A DNA stretch of 36,757 nucleotides from a virus (taxonomy: Duplodnaviria > Caudoviricetes): IMG/VR virus record IMGVR_UViG_3300005567_000154, positions 1 to 36,757 of that record; one strand, written 5' to 3'. Numbering within the stretch: position 1 is the first letter of the stretch; each line of letters opens with the position of its first letter. The position numbers and the translations under genes are program-made. The notes under the pieces were generated by a model. It did no database searches. It was given only the letters and a program-made list of their open reading frames with translations, and was not told where the DNA came from. This document shows, piece by piece, positions 8,761-16,377 of this stretch.

Positions 8761-9045
8761 ATGTGTGAATCAATAGGCCCAACTAATTACCCAAAAGCCA
8801 GAAAAGATCATGATTGCATGGCTTCAGTATTCTTGAATGAGCAAAATTGGAGTCCATCAGATTTGAGTATGGGAATCACAGAGGCAAAAGATTGGGTTAA
8901 AGCTAGGCAAAACAACTACAAGATCAAAAAAGGTGAGAAATACTTGAACCAAACAATGACTCATGAAAGAAAACTTTACTCTTTCAAGGCTATTCCAAAA
9001 ATACACAATATATGTCTTAAATATGATTTATATGACGAATGTTAA
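8761..9045 (+). CDS. Hypothetical protein (KARKDHDC...IKKGEKY)
   Basis: ORF track; start reassigned after GAGG. Confidence 0.6.
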   Translation: MCESIGPTNYPKARKDHDCMASVFLNEQNWSPSDLSMGITEAKDWVKARQNNYKIKKGEKYLNQTMTHERKLYSFKAIPKIHNICLKYDLYDEC

Positions 9046-9057
9046 GACTAAGGAGAG

Positions 9058-9159
9058 ATGAAGAGAATGGAACAGATAATCATACACACAATAGAAACTA
9101 GTATAAGCGTTTTTATAGCCTATTGGATCGCTAAAGTACTAGTACCATTAGAAGATTAA
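9058..9159 (+). CDS. Small hydrophobic cassette ORF (33 aa, MKRMEQIII...LED)
   Basis: Translated by hand; same SD and start repeat as 8568. Confidence 0.5.
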   Translation: MKRMEQIIIHTIETSISVFIAYWIAKVLVPLED

Positions 9160-9177
9160 CCAAACAACGGAGAACGA

Positions 9178-9303
9178 ATGATAGTTAGAAGAACAGTAAA
9201 GTTTCAAAGAAAGCAGATTGGCCCGGACAGACTTGATAAATCTATGCTGAAAATAGTTACTTGGTGGTTTCTATTCATCCCAGTGGTTGTAATCAATGAA
9301 TAG
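9178..9303 (+). CDS. Small hypothetical protein (41 aa)
   Basis: SD GGAG; C-terminal TWWFLFIPVV. Confidence 0.5.
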   Translation: MIVRRTVKFQRKQIGPDRLDKSMLKIVTWWFLFIPVVVINE

Positions 9304-9309
9304 GGCTGT

Positions 9310-9492
9310 GTGATGGATATAGACGCACTAAGACAAGCACACGAAAAGCTGAAGCGAAAGAGCCAGAGGCAACGTGACCGCATAAAGGAACTAGAATCTT
9401 GGATGGATCGTGAATTGAATAGCGGTAAAACGTCTGATTTATATTATGGGATTCACAGAAAAGAAGGGCAAGAACTTTTAACCCAAGGATAG
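9310..9492 (+). CDS. Small coiled-coil protein
   Basis: ORF track. Confidence 0.5.
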   Translation: MMDIDALRQAHEKLKRKSQRQRDRIKELESWMDRELNSGKTSDLYYGIHRKEGQELLTQG

Positions 9493-9655
9493 GTAAGTGA
9501 TGGCAAGTAACTACAAAGAAATGGGCTTATCAGACAGAAAACACGCTGATTGGCTATACAAACAAAGCTTTAAGTCACTTGATATTGATTGGGTTCTCAG
9601 ATATTTAAGGTTGACCCTTTCACACATAAAACTTTCACAACCCAAGGATAGGTAA
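9480..9655 (+). repeat. 17-bp direct repeat (9480-9496, 9639-9655) flanking a small ORF
   Basis: AACCCAAGGATAGGTAA occurs twice. Confidence 0.85.
9500..9655 (+). CDS. Small hypothetical protein (51 aa, MASNYKEMG...)
   Basis: Translated by hand; bounded by the 17-bp repeats. Confidence 0.5.
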   Translation: MASNYKEMGLSDRKHADWLYKQSFKSLDIDWVLRYLRLTLSHIKLSQPKDR

Positions 9656-9660
9656 CAAAG

Positions 9661-9837
9661 ATGAGCACACCACTAACAAAAATTCAATTGACAGACTTAT
9701 GTATAGGGTTTGGTGAGATTGTTATTGAAGATTGGCTTGAGGCGCAATATACCTGTGACAAAATACCAGATTGTGTTCTTACAAGAACAATGGCCAAATT
9801 AATGTACCTATACGAACTAATGGAGCAACAAAGATGA
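9661..9837 (+). CDS. Small hypothetical protein (58 aa, MSTPLTKIQ...)
   Basis: Translated by hand; ATGA overlap with 9834. Confidence 0.5.
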   Translation: MSTPLTKIQLTDLCIGFGEIVIEDWLEAQYTCDKIPDCVLTRTMAKLMYLYELMEQQR

Positions 9838-10295
9838 AAACACTAGAAGAAGCAAAAGAACACCTTAGAGAAAACTATAAGGACGGTACTAGATGCCCCT
9901 GCTGTGATCAATTTGTTAAGCAATATAAGAGGAAAATAAACTCTACAATGGCTTACGGGCTAATTCTGATGAATAAAAATCCTAGTTGGCTTCACTCAGA
10001 AACCTTTTTCCATTCTATAGAAAAAGTACCATCATCCATTCGGGGTGATTTACCTAAATTACGGCATTGGGGCTTAATCGAAAAAGAAGAATCTGGAAAA
10101 GAGGATGGTAACCCAAACCAAGGGCTTTATAGAATCACACAGGCAGGAAAAGATTTTGTTGCAAAAAGAATCACGGTCTCAAAATACGCTTATTCTTACA
10201 ATAATAAAATACAAGGGTTTAGTGAAGAATCGTGTACTATCGATCAGTGTTTGGGTAATAATTTCAACTATTCAGAGCTAATGGCAACACATTAA
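9834..10295 (+). CDS. Putative DNA-binding protein (CPCC plus winged-helix-like)
   Basis: CPCC; LRHWGLIE...GLYRITQAGKDF winged-helix signature; start reassigned. Confidence 0.6.
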   Translation: MKTLEEAKEHLRENYKDGTRCPCCDQFVKQYKRKINSTMAYGLILMNKNPSWLHSETFFHSIEKVPSSIRGDLPKLRHWGLIEKEESGKEDGNPNQGLYRITQAGKDFVAKRITVSKYAYSYNNKIQGFSEESCTIDQCLGNNFNYSELMATH

Positions 10296-10326
10296 TTCAC
10301 TATTTGAGGTCTTTAAAACTTAATTT

Positions 10327-10563
10327 ATGGATATGATTATCACGTTATGGGGTGGACCTGGAGATGGTAAGGAGATCGAAATCAATGATTTGGATACCGA
10401 AAACCCTGATTATTTATATTTCAGCATTATTTCGCCTAATTTTGAACCTAAAGAACCCAAAGGTGATTTGACGATCATCCCCCCAGATATGATTGACAAA
10501 TACACTTATGTGAGAGGCCCTAAAATCGGTAAGAAATGGGTTTATGAGATTCAAAATGAATAG
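10327..10563 (+). CDS. Hypothetical protein (GGPxDG motif)
   Basis: ORF track. Confidence 0.55.
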   Translation: MDMIITLWGGPGDGKEIEINDLDTENPDYLYFSIISPNFEPKEPKGDLTIIPPDMIDKYTYVRGPKIGKKWVYEIQNE

Positions 10564-10825
10564 TAAACTTTATAATTTATATATAGCAGCCAAAAGGCTT
10601 TACAATAGTTTAAAGCCCACAGAAATATGGGATATTAAAAACAATATTGAGGTACAACCAGGGGTTTGGAGACTTGAATCATACGAAAAAAAGGTATTTT
10701 ATGACTTCACTTCAGACCAGTATATTAAAAGCATTGGGCAGCACCGGGAGACGGGCAATATCTTTGCTTCTACTGATCTAAGGTATCAAAATAACCCTTT
10801 ATTTATAACGCTATATGAACCCTAA
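10544..10825 (+). CDS. Hypothetical protein (start may be 10556)
   Basis: ORF track. Confidence 0.55.
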   Translation: MRFKMNSKLYNLYIAAKRLYNSLKPTEIWDIKNNIEVQPGVWRLESYEKKVFYDFTSDQYIKSIGQHRETGNIFASTDLRYQNNPLFITLYEP

Positions 10826-10843
10826 AAACACCACGAGAGAGAT

Positions 10844-11275
10844 ATGCCAGAAATAGAAAACACTGATCCAGAATTTTGGAAAGTATTAAATGCCCATTTC
10901 GGGTTTAAGTATGATTTAGCCTGCAGCGCTTCAAACTGTCTTTGCCCTAATGGGATAACTAAAGTTGAAAACTCATTACACCAACCCTGGAATGAGCTAC
11001 CAAATTGGAAATTCCTAAACCCACCACCAGAAAACATGGGTTTATGGGTAGATAAGTGTTATGAAGAATCAAAACTAGGGGCTAAAATCGTAATGCTAAC
11101 ACAAGCGGAGACCGGTTCTACTTGGTTTAAGAATTTTATCTGGGGAAAGGCTAGGATTAGGTTTTTATCCGGCAATATGGAAAACCAACCCTCAAATAAT
11201 TTGATGATTTCAATGTTTGAGCCTAGAATCTTTATGAACCCTGATGTTTGGGAATGGAGAAAAGGATGGGAGTAA
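10844..11275 (+). CDS. Phage Dam-type N6-adenine methyltransferase, degenerate
   Basis: F.YDLACS..N, FLNPPP (for NPPY), WVDKCYEE..G.KIVML..A.T...WF, IRFL.G. Confidence 0.7.
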   Translation: MPEIENTDPEFWKVLNAHFGFKYDLACSASNCLCPNGITKVENSLHQPWNELPNWKFLNPPPENMGLWVDKCYEESKLGAKIVMLTQAETGSTWFKNFIWGKARIRFLSGNMENQPSNNLMISMFEPRIFMNPDVWEWRKGWE

Positions 11276-11667
11276 ATCGCAGCTTATGCCAAAAGCTAGA
11301 TAAGGTGTTTTCGCTTTATGTGAGGCTATCTAATACCGATGATTCAGGGGTGGGAATTTGCGTAACCTGCAGCCGTATAAAAACCATTCGTGATTTAGAC
11401 GCAGGCCATTTTATTAGCCGTAGATATTACCCCACTAGATGGGACTTAAAGAACGTAGGGGTACAATGCCGGTCTTGTAATAGGTTTGAGCAGGGGCGAC
11501 AGTTTGAGTACTCTACTTATATCAATAAGAAATACGGGCAAGGTGAAGCGGATAAATTGGAATTTAAGGCTAAATCAGGCAAGGCTCCTCATAATTTTGA
11601 AATAGAAGAAATGATCAAATATTACAAAGAACAGGTCAAGAAACTGAAACTGGAGAAATGCCTCTAA
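11266..11667 (+). CDS. ninG: NinG/Rap-family recombination endonuclease
   Basis: LDKVFSLYVRL, CVTC, DAGHFISR, TRWDLKNV..QCRSCN. Confidence 0.85.
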   Translation: MGVNRSLCQKLDKVFSLYVRLSNTDDSGVGICVTCSRIKTIRDLDAGHFISRRYYPTRWDLKNVGVQCRSCNRFEQGRQFEYSTYINKKYGQGEADKLEFKAKSGKAPHNFEIEEMIKYYKEQVKKLKLEKCL

Positions 11668-11724
11668 ATCTTTTTTTATTATTATGTGGTAATTAAATAT
11701 AACTATATGTATAATATGAATATG
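11667..11724 (+). promoter_or_regulatory. Repeated promoter, copy 3
   Basis: Same 27-bp block; GTGGTA 11686-11691, N18, TATAAT 11710-11715, N6, ATG 11722. Confidence 0.8.
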
Positions 11725-12783
11725 AATTATAATTGGAAATTATCAGACGGATACCCAGAAAAGAATGGGTATAGAGTATTCAGCTGCTTTTCTTGTGGTG
11801 GTGGTTCTACAATGGGCTACAAATTAGCCGGGTTTGAGGTAATCGGGAATAATGAGATTGATCCAAAAATGAACGAGTGCTATGTGAAAAACCATAACCC
11901 CAAATATTCATTCTTAGAGCCTATACAGGACTTTAAGAACAGGGGTGACTTACCAAAAGAATTGTTTGAACTTGATATTTTGGATGGTTCTCCGCCTTGT
12001 AGTAGCTTCTCAATGGCAGGGAATAGAGAAAAGGATTGGGGAAAAGAAAAGAAGTTTAGAGAAGGGCAATCTGAGCAGATTTTAGACACTCTATTTTTTG
12101 ACTTTATTGATTTAGCTAAGAAATTACAACCAAAAGTGGTTATTGCTGAAAACGTAAAAGGGCTGCTCATGGGGGATGCTGTAAACTATGTGAGAAAAAT
12201 TAACGAAGAATTTGAAAAAGCAGGGTATTATATACAACACCATTTGCTTGATGCTTCTAAAATGGGCGTTCCACAGAAAAGAGAAAGAGTGTTTTTTATA
12301 GCACTTAGAAAGGATTTAGCAGAACCTTTCTTATACCAGAAAACAATGTTTGATATGGAACCAGAGCTAAAATTAGAATTTAATGAACCCAAAATCCTAT
12401 TTGGTGAGTTTAAAGATGAGAATGGGCGTATTATGTCTAAGTTCCAAACTGAAATTTGGGAAAACAGAGAAGAAGGTGATCCAGATTTTTCTTGCACTAA
12501 TACTCGATTTAGAAATAAGCCAAATACTGGTTTTGGGCAAAATTATCTTTATACAAATAAGGTTTGCGGAACTATTACGTCGCATGAAGATTGTTATGTT
12601 CTTTTTGATTCTCCTAGATATACAAGCAAAAACGAGGTTTGTAAAATTGGGAGCTACCCTTTAGACTATGATTTTAGAGACAAAAAACCTCATTATATGA
12701 TAGGGATGAGTGTACCCCCACTAATGACAGCAAAGATAGCAGAACAAATCAAAACCCAATGGTTAGATAAACTTGTACTATAA
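11722..12783 (+). CDS. DNA (cytosine-5)-methyltransferase
   Basis: FSCGGG, GSPPCSSFS, ENVKG, PQKRERVF, IGMSVPP; probable leaderless start at 11722. Confidence 0.9.
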   Translation: MNYNWKLSDGYPEKNGYRVFSCFSCGGGSTMGYKLAGFEVIGNNEIDPKMNECYVKNHNPKYSFLEPIQDFKNRGDLPKELFELDILDGSPPCSSFSMAGNREKDWGKEKKFREGQSEQILDTLFFDFIDLAKKLQPKVVIAENVKGLLMGDAVNYVRKINEEFEKAGYYIQHHLLDASKMGVPQKRERVFFIALRKDLAEPFLYQKTMFDMEPELKLEFNEPKILFGEFKDENGRIMSKFQTEIWENREEGDPDFSCTNTRFRNKPNTGFGQNYLYTNKVCGTITSHEDCYVLFDSPRYTSKNEVCKIGSYPLDYDFRDKKPHYMIGMSVPPLMTAKIAEQIKTQWLDKLVL

Positions 12784-12813
12784 ATTAAATTAAATACCTA
12801 TATTATTACTATG
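12775..12813 (+). promoter_or_regulatory. Variant copy of the repeated promoter
   Basis: GTACTA 12775-12780, N18 AT-rich, TATATT 12799-12804, N6, ATG 12811; no SD. Confidence 0.6.
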
Positions 12814-13041
12814 GAAAAACGAATTAAAGGCAAACGATTTAACACTGATAGCGCCAATAAACTGGCCTCAGTCACTAGAGGGTCTGGTGCTTCTAGGTTC
12901 ATAGAAAACCTTTATATCTCACCACGAGGGGACTATTTCTTACACGGTAAAGGCGGGCCTCTAACCCGTTGGAACGGTGAGGGAATAGTCTCCATTAGTA
13001 TTGAAACAGCAAAACACTGGATGGAGAAATATGAGAAATAG
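12811..13041 (+). CDS. Conserved mobile-element hypothetical protein
   Basis: IKGKRFNTDSA...ENLY....GDYFLHGKGG pattern recurrent in phages. Confidence 0.65.
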   Translation: MEKRIKGKRFNTDSANKLASVTRGSGASRFIENLYISPRGDYFLHGKGGPLTRWNGEGIVSISIETAKHWMEKYEK

Positions 13042-13171
13042 CATTACTAGAACTTTACTAGGGGTGTTTTGTTACGCCTTGGTGATTTTACTTTCTTTAA
13101 AATGGTATGATTGGAAGCTTCTTTTGTTGATGTTTCTGTTTGCCCTTGCTAATAATTTGGAGAGAACATGA
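13031..13171 (+). CDS. Small membrane protein (46 aa)
   Basis: Translated by hand; two hydrophobic segments; SD GGAG; ATGA overlap. Confidence 0.5.
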   Translation: MRNSITRTLLGVFCYALVILLSLKWYDWKLLLLMFLFALANNLERT

Positions 13172-13371
13172 CAAATAAACCAGGCAGACCACCACTACAC
13201 GAAAGCGGAACCGCTTTTGTAGGTACTTCACAGCCCAAATATTTAGCAGATAATATGCTTGAAATCGCCAGAATTGAATCATCTGATGAATCTAAGACCT
13301 GGCGATTGGCGGCAACACGATTTGTAGAAAACTGGAAGAAAGAGAACCCTGGTGTTTTGGAAGCCAGATAG
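13168..13371 (+). CDS. Putative ribbon-helix-helix DNA-binding protein
   Basis: GRPP, short beta strand, then two helices (S..WR.A...F). Confidence 0.5.
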   Translation: MTNKPGRPPLHESGTAFVGTSQPKYLADNMLEIARIESSDESKTWRLAATRFVENWKKENPGVLEAR

Positions 13372-13432
13372 AGGGTGGTTTAACTATTGCTCAACAATCA
13401 AACTAATTCCTTGCTTGTTCCCTCTATCTGGC
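13363..13432 (+). other. Intergenic RNA stem-loop with 13-bp perfect closing stem
   Basis: GCCAGATAGAGGG / CCCTCTATCTGGC; no poly-T tail. Confidence 0.7.
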
Positions 13433-13451
13433 CTAACCAAAAAGGAGTATT

Positions 13452-13640
13452 ATGCAGCCTAAATTAACAGCAAACGTATCTGATTTTAAGGCCGGAAGAT
13501 CTGCCGTAAAACTCCACCTTTTGGCAAGGTTCAATAAACAAATATCTAATAGCTCTGAAAGATTATCTGATTACAGTTTCCGGTTCTATGTAAAAACAGG
13601 CGTTATGCACTTATCAGCTAAACTGAAGGGGAATGAATGA
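13452..13640 (+). CDS. Small hypothetical protein
   Basis: SD AAGGAG. Confidence 0.55.
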   Translation: MQPKLTANVSDFKAGRSAVKLHLLARFNKQISNSSERLSDYSFRFYVKTGVMHLSAKLKGNE

Positions 13641-13852
13641 GTAAAGAAGTTGCCCCAGAAAGCCTAATCGATGAATTAAAGAGATTAAGACAGGAATACT
13701 TTTCAATGAAGGAAATGACTGGTAAAATGCAGGGAATTTTACCTTGGGTTAATCATAAATACCATTGCCCTTTATTTATAGATGAGAGTTCAAAGAAGGA
13801 TTGCAACTGCGGATTGAGTGAGTATTTATCCACATCCCCCACAAGCAAATAA
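13637..13852 (+). CDS. Small protein with H..C...CNCGL motif
   Basis: ORF track; ATGA overlap. Confidence 0.55.
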   Translation: MSKEVAPESLIDELKRLRQEYFSMKEMTGKMQGILPWVNHKYHCPLFIDESSKKDCNCGLSEYLSTSPTSK

Positions 13853-13866
13853 CTTACTTTTATTTA

Positions 13867-14190
13867 ATGGAAGAAAATGATGATTTAAACCGTAACCATT
13901 CACCACTGGCGAGAATAGAAAAAACACAAGGAACCCTTAACAAAGAAATTACAACCTTAGTTGCTTGGAGAATAGAGCATGAAACAAATGCTAAACGAGA
14001 TAGAGAAGATTTAGAAGGGGTCAAAGTTCACCTGTACGGTAAAGATGGCAATGGTGGTATCTTTGGCAATGGCGGCTTAGATGATAAAGTCAAAGCTATG
14101 GAAACCACGAGTAAAAATTTATGGAAATATATACTAGGAACAGGGGTTTTGGTCGGAATACTATCAAATTTGGACAAAATAATAAGATGA
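13867..14190 (+). CDS. Coiled-coil protein with C-terminal membrane anchor (holin/XhlA-like architecture)
   Basis: Coiled coil, GxxGNGG, hydrophobic WKYILGTGVLVGIL. Confidence 0.5.
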   Translation: MEENDDLNRNHSPLARIEKTQGTLNKEITTLVAWRIEHETNAKRDREDLEGVKVHLYGKDGNGGIFGNGGLDDKVKAMETTSKNLWKYILGTGVLVGILSNLDKIIR

Positions 14191-14564
14191 AAATAGCTGT
14201 AATTGATGATGAAAAAGATGATAGGTTTTTTCTTAGTCGAATATTGCTAAAATATAATGTTGAAGTACAGACTTACACCTCGAGCATTGATTTTGGGGCC
14301 CATGCCAATGCAGATGACTTTGATTTTGTTTGGATAGACTTTACTATAAATCACGGGGCAGGGGCTAAAAACATCCTTAGAGCCCTAACAGTTAAATCAA
14401 AAACAAGAGTTGTATTTATATCGCATGGCGACAAACACTTCACGAAAGAATTCAGAGAAAACCCTATTGTATGGGGTCTACTCCTAAAAGGGGATACTGA
14501 TTCGATTCATGAACACATAAAAAATAGGCTATACGAAAGGGCACACCCTGAAATTTATCAATAA
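14187..14564 (+). CDS. Single-domain response regulator (CheY-like receiver)
   Basis: MKIAVIDDEKDD, DFVWID (phospho-Asp), VVFIS, LLKG; start reassigned to the ATGA overlap. Confidence 0.8.
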   Translation: MKIAVIDDEKDDRFFLSRILLKYNVEVQTYTSSIDFGAHANADDFDFVWIDFTINHGAGAKNILRALTVKSKTRVVFISHGDKHFTKEFRENPIVWGLLLKGDTDSIHEHIKNRLYERAHPEIYQ

Positions 14565-14620
14565 ATCGCTTTTATGATACCCAACAGATACTTATATTTA
14601 AACTTCACCACGGGTAAAAT

Positions 14621-15928
14621 ATGTTAAAATGGTCAAATGAAGACCGACTCATTTCTGAAATAAGGGAATGGTCGAAAAACCCTAGAATCATTGGGGGCAA
14701 GAAATTTGAGGATCTAATAACCTCAATGGATCGCTTCGGGTACGTTGACCAAATTGTTATAAATACTGACGGTGAGTTAATCGGTGGCCACGCTAGGTTA
14801 CAGAAACTAAAACAAGATGGTGAAACATCCGTTTCTGTAAGAACCCCAGATAGAAAACTAAATGAAGCCGAATTCAATGAACTTGCAATTAGACTGAATA
14901 AGAATATTGCAGGGGAATGGGATTTTGATGCCTTATTGAAGGATTTCGATTCTGGGGATCTAACCGATTGGGGGTTTGATGAATTAGATTTTTCTGATAT
15001 TTCCACAGATATTTCGCCAACCATCAATGAAGAAGAAATAAATGAAAAACTGACAGAAGTGTTTATAATACCTCCCTTTTCAATATTAGATACTAGGCAA
15101 GGTTACTGGTTAGAAAGAAAACAGATGTGGAAAAGTTTAATAAATGATAATGGAGAAAGCAGAGAATCAACATTGTATAAATCAAAAGGAGATCCGGTAA
15201 GCGAAAAAATAAGAAATACAGGTACAGTTTCTATTTTAGATCCTGTATTGGCTGAAATATCATTAAAATGGTTCAATATTAATGGTGGAAAAGCATTTGA
15301 TTGTTTTGCCGGTGATTCTGTCTTTGGTTTCGTTTCTTCTTATTTGGGCCACAATTTTACAGGAATCGAGCTAAGAAAAGAACAGGTCGATTTGAATCAA
15401 AAAAGGATTGATCAAACAAAGACAAAAAGCCGGTATATTTGTGATGATGGCCAAAATGTAGGCAAACACATAAAACCCGAAACCCAAGATTTACTGTTTT
15501 CATGCCCCCCTTATTTTAATCTTGAGGTTTATTCTGATTTACCTGATGATGCAAGCAACCAGGGTAGTTATGGAGATTTTATGTTAATAATTGAAAACGC
15601 CTTCTCTGATGCTATTAAATGCTTAAAAAACGATAGATTTGCCATTATTGTGTGTGGTGATATTAGAACGAAAAAGGGTGATTATCATAGGTTTCCAGAT
15701 CACCTAAAGGATTTGTTCATAAAAAATGGTATGGTTTTGTATAATGAATTGATATTAGTTGAACCGATAAGCACTAGTAGGCTAAGAGCAAGGCCTAATA
15801 TGAGAACCAGAAAAGTGGTGAAAACCCACCAAAATGTATTAGTGTTTTATAAGGGCGATATGAAGAAAATAAAAGAAAATTTTCCTGAAATAGAGGTTGT
15901 AATTGAAAGCGAAAATATGGAACCATAG
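14621..15928 (+). CDS. ParB-N domain fused to an amino-(N6A/N4C)-methyltransferase-fold domain
   Basis: NPR..FGYVDQIVIN..LIGGHARL..LN(K)..GEWD (ParB/Srx); DCFAGDS, GIELR, FSCPPY. Confidence 0.85.
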   Translation: MLKWSNEDRLISEIREWSKNPRIIGGKKFEDLITSMDRFGYVDQIVINTDGELIGGHARLQKLKQDGETSVSVRTPDRKLNEAEFNELAIRLNKNIAGEWDFDALLKDFDSGDLTDWGFDELDFSDISTDISPTINEEEINEKLTEVFIIPPFSILDTRQGYWLERKQMWKSLINDNGESRESTLYKSKGDPVSEKIRNTGTVSILDPVLAEISLKWFNINGGKAFDCFAGDSVFGFVSSYLGHNFTGIELRKEQVDLNQKRIDQTKTKSRYICDDGQNVGKHIKPETQDLLFSCPPYFNLEVYSDLPDDASNQGSYGDFMLIIENAFSDAIKCLKNDRFAIIVCGDIRTKKGDYHRFPDHLKDLFIKNGMVLYNELILVEPISTSRLRARPNMRTRKVVKTHQNVLVFYKGDMKKIKENFPEIEVVIESENMEP

Positions 15929-16166
15929 TGAGTGGGCAGTAATAAACCCAGATAGCAACCTAAAAGAAACATACACCGGGCTATTAAAGGCCAGTGGATT
16001 TAAAATATTAGGCTTTATTGAACACCATTTTGACCCACAGGGGTACACAGCACTTTGGCTATTAGGTGAAAGCCACTTTGCGATCCACACCTTTCCAGAG
16101 GAAAACAAATATTATATAGAGCTTACAAGCTGTAATGAGGATTATCTAAACAATTTCAAAAAATAA
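15903..16166 (+). CDS. speD: S-adenosylmethionine decarboxylase proenzyme (short class 1)
   Basis: HHFDPQGYTALWLLGE-SHFAIHTFPE...ELTSC; SD GAGGT with TTG start overlapping the upstream gene. Confidence 0.9.
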   Translation: MKAKIWNHSEWAVINPDSNLKETYTGLLKASGFKILGFIEHHFDPQGYTALWLLGESHFAIHTFPEENKYYIELTSCNEDYLNNFKK

Positions 16167-16377
16167 GCAATTCAAGGGATTTATAACATTTTGCAACACA
16201 ATCATCAATATTATATCCTAACTGCTCATAAAAACGAGGGTTATTAATGCAATCAGAACCCCTTAATATATCATCACGGTATAAACCCAGGTTAGGCCAT
16301 TTTTTAACAATTGCAAGAGCTTTGGTTTTTTGCCCACTTTCATACAATTCTTTAGCTTGTTGTTTTTTTGATACCAT
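16156..16377 (-). CDS. Lone minus-strand small protein (73 aa), moron-like
   Basis: ATG 16377 lies 6 nt after a TATAAT of the repeated promoter; NPRFYEQLGY motif. Confidence 0.7.
   Translation of the reverse strand: MVSKKQQAKELYESGQKTKALAIVKKWPNLGLYRDDILRGSDCINNPRFYEQLGYNIDDCVAKCYKSLELLIF

Larger units (their letters stand above)
8554..9072 (+). repeat. 29-bp direct repeat carrying SD and start codon (8554-8582, 9044-9072)
   Basis: AAGACTAAGGAGAGATGAAGAGAATGGAA occurs twice. Confidence 0.9.

Noticed and set aside
5643-10825. Stop-codon reassignment as the cause of the many short ORFs
   Set aside because: Conserved genes are full length in the standard code, and the short ORFs have their own SDs and ATGA overlaps in different frames
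13826-13834. Perfect DnaA box TTATCCACA
   Set aside because: Single copy inside a CDS with no cluster or clear unwinding element; compatible with chance
14621-15000. ParB domain as a partition protein for the parS-like site
   Set aside because: Only the N-terminal ParB/Srx domain is present, with no HTH and no parA; such fusions to MTases are common near terminase genes
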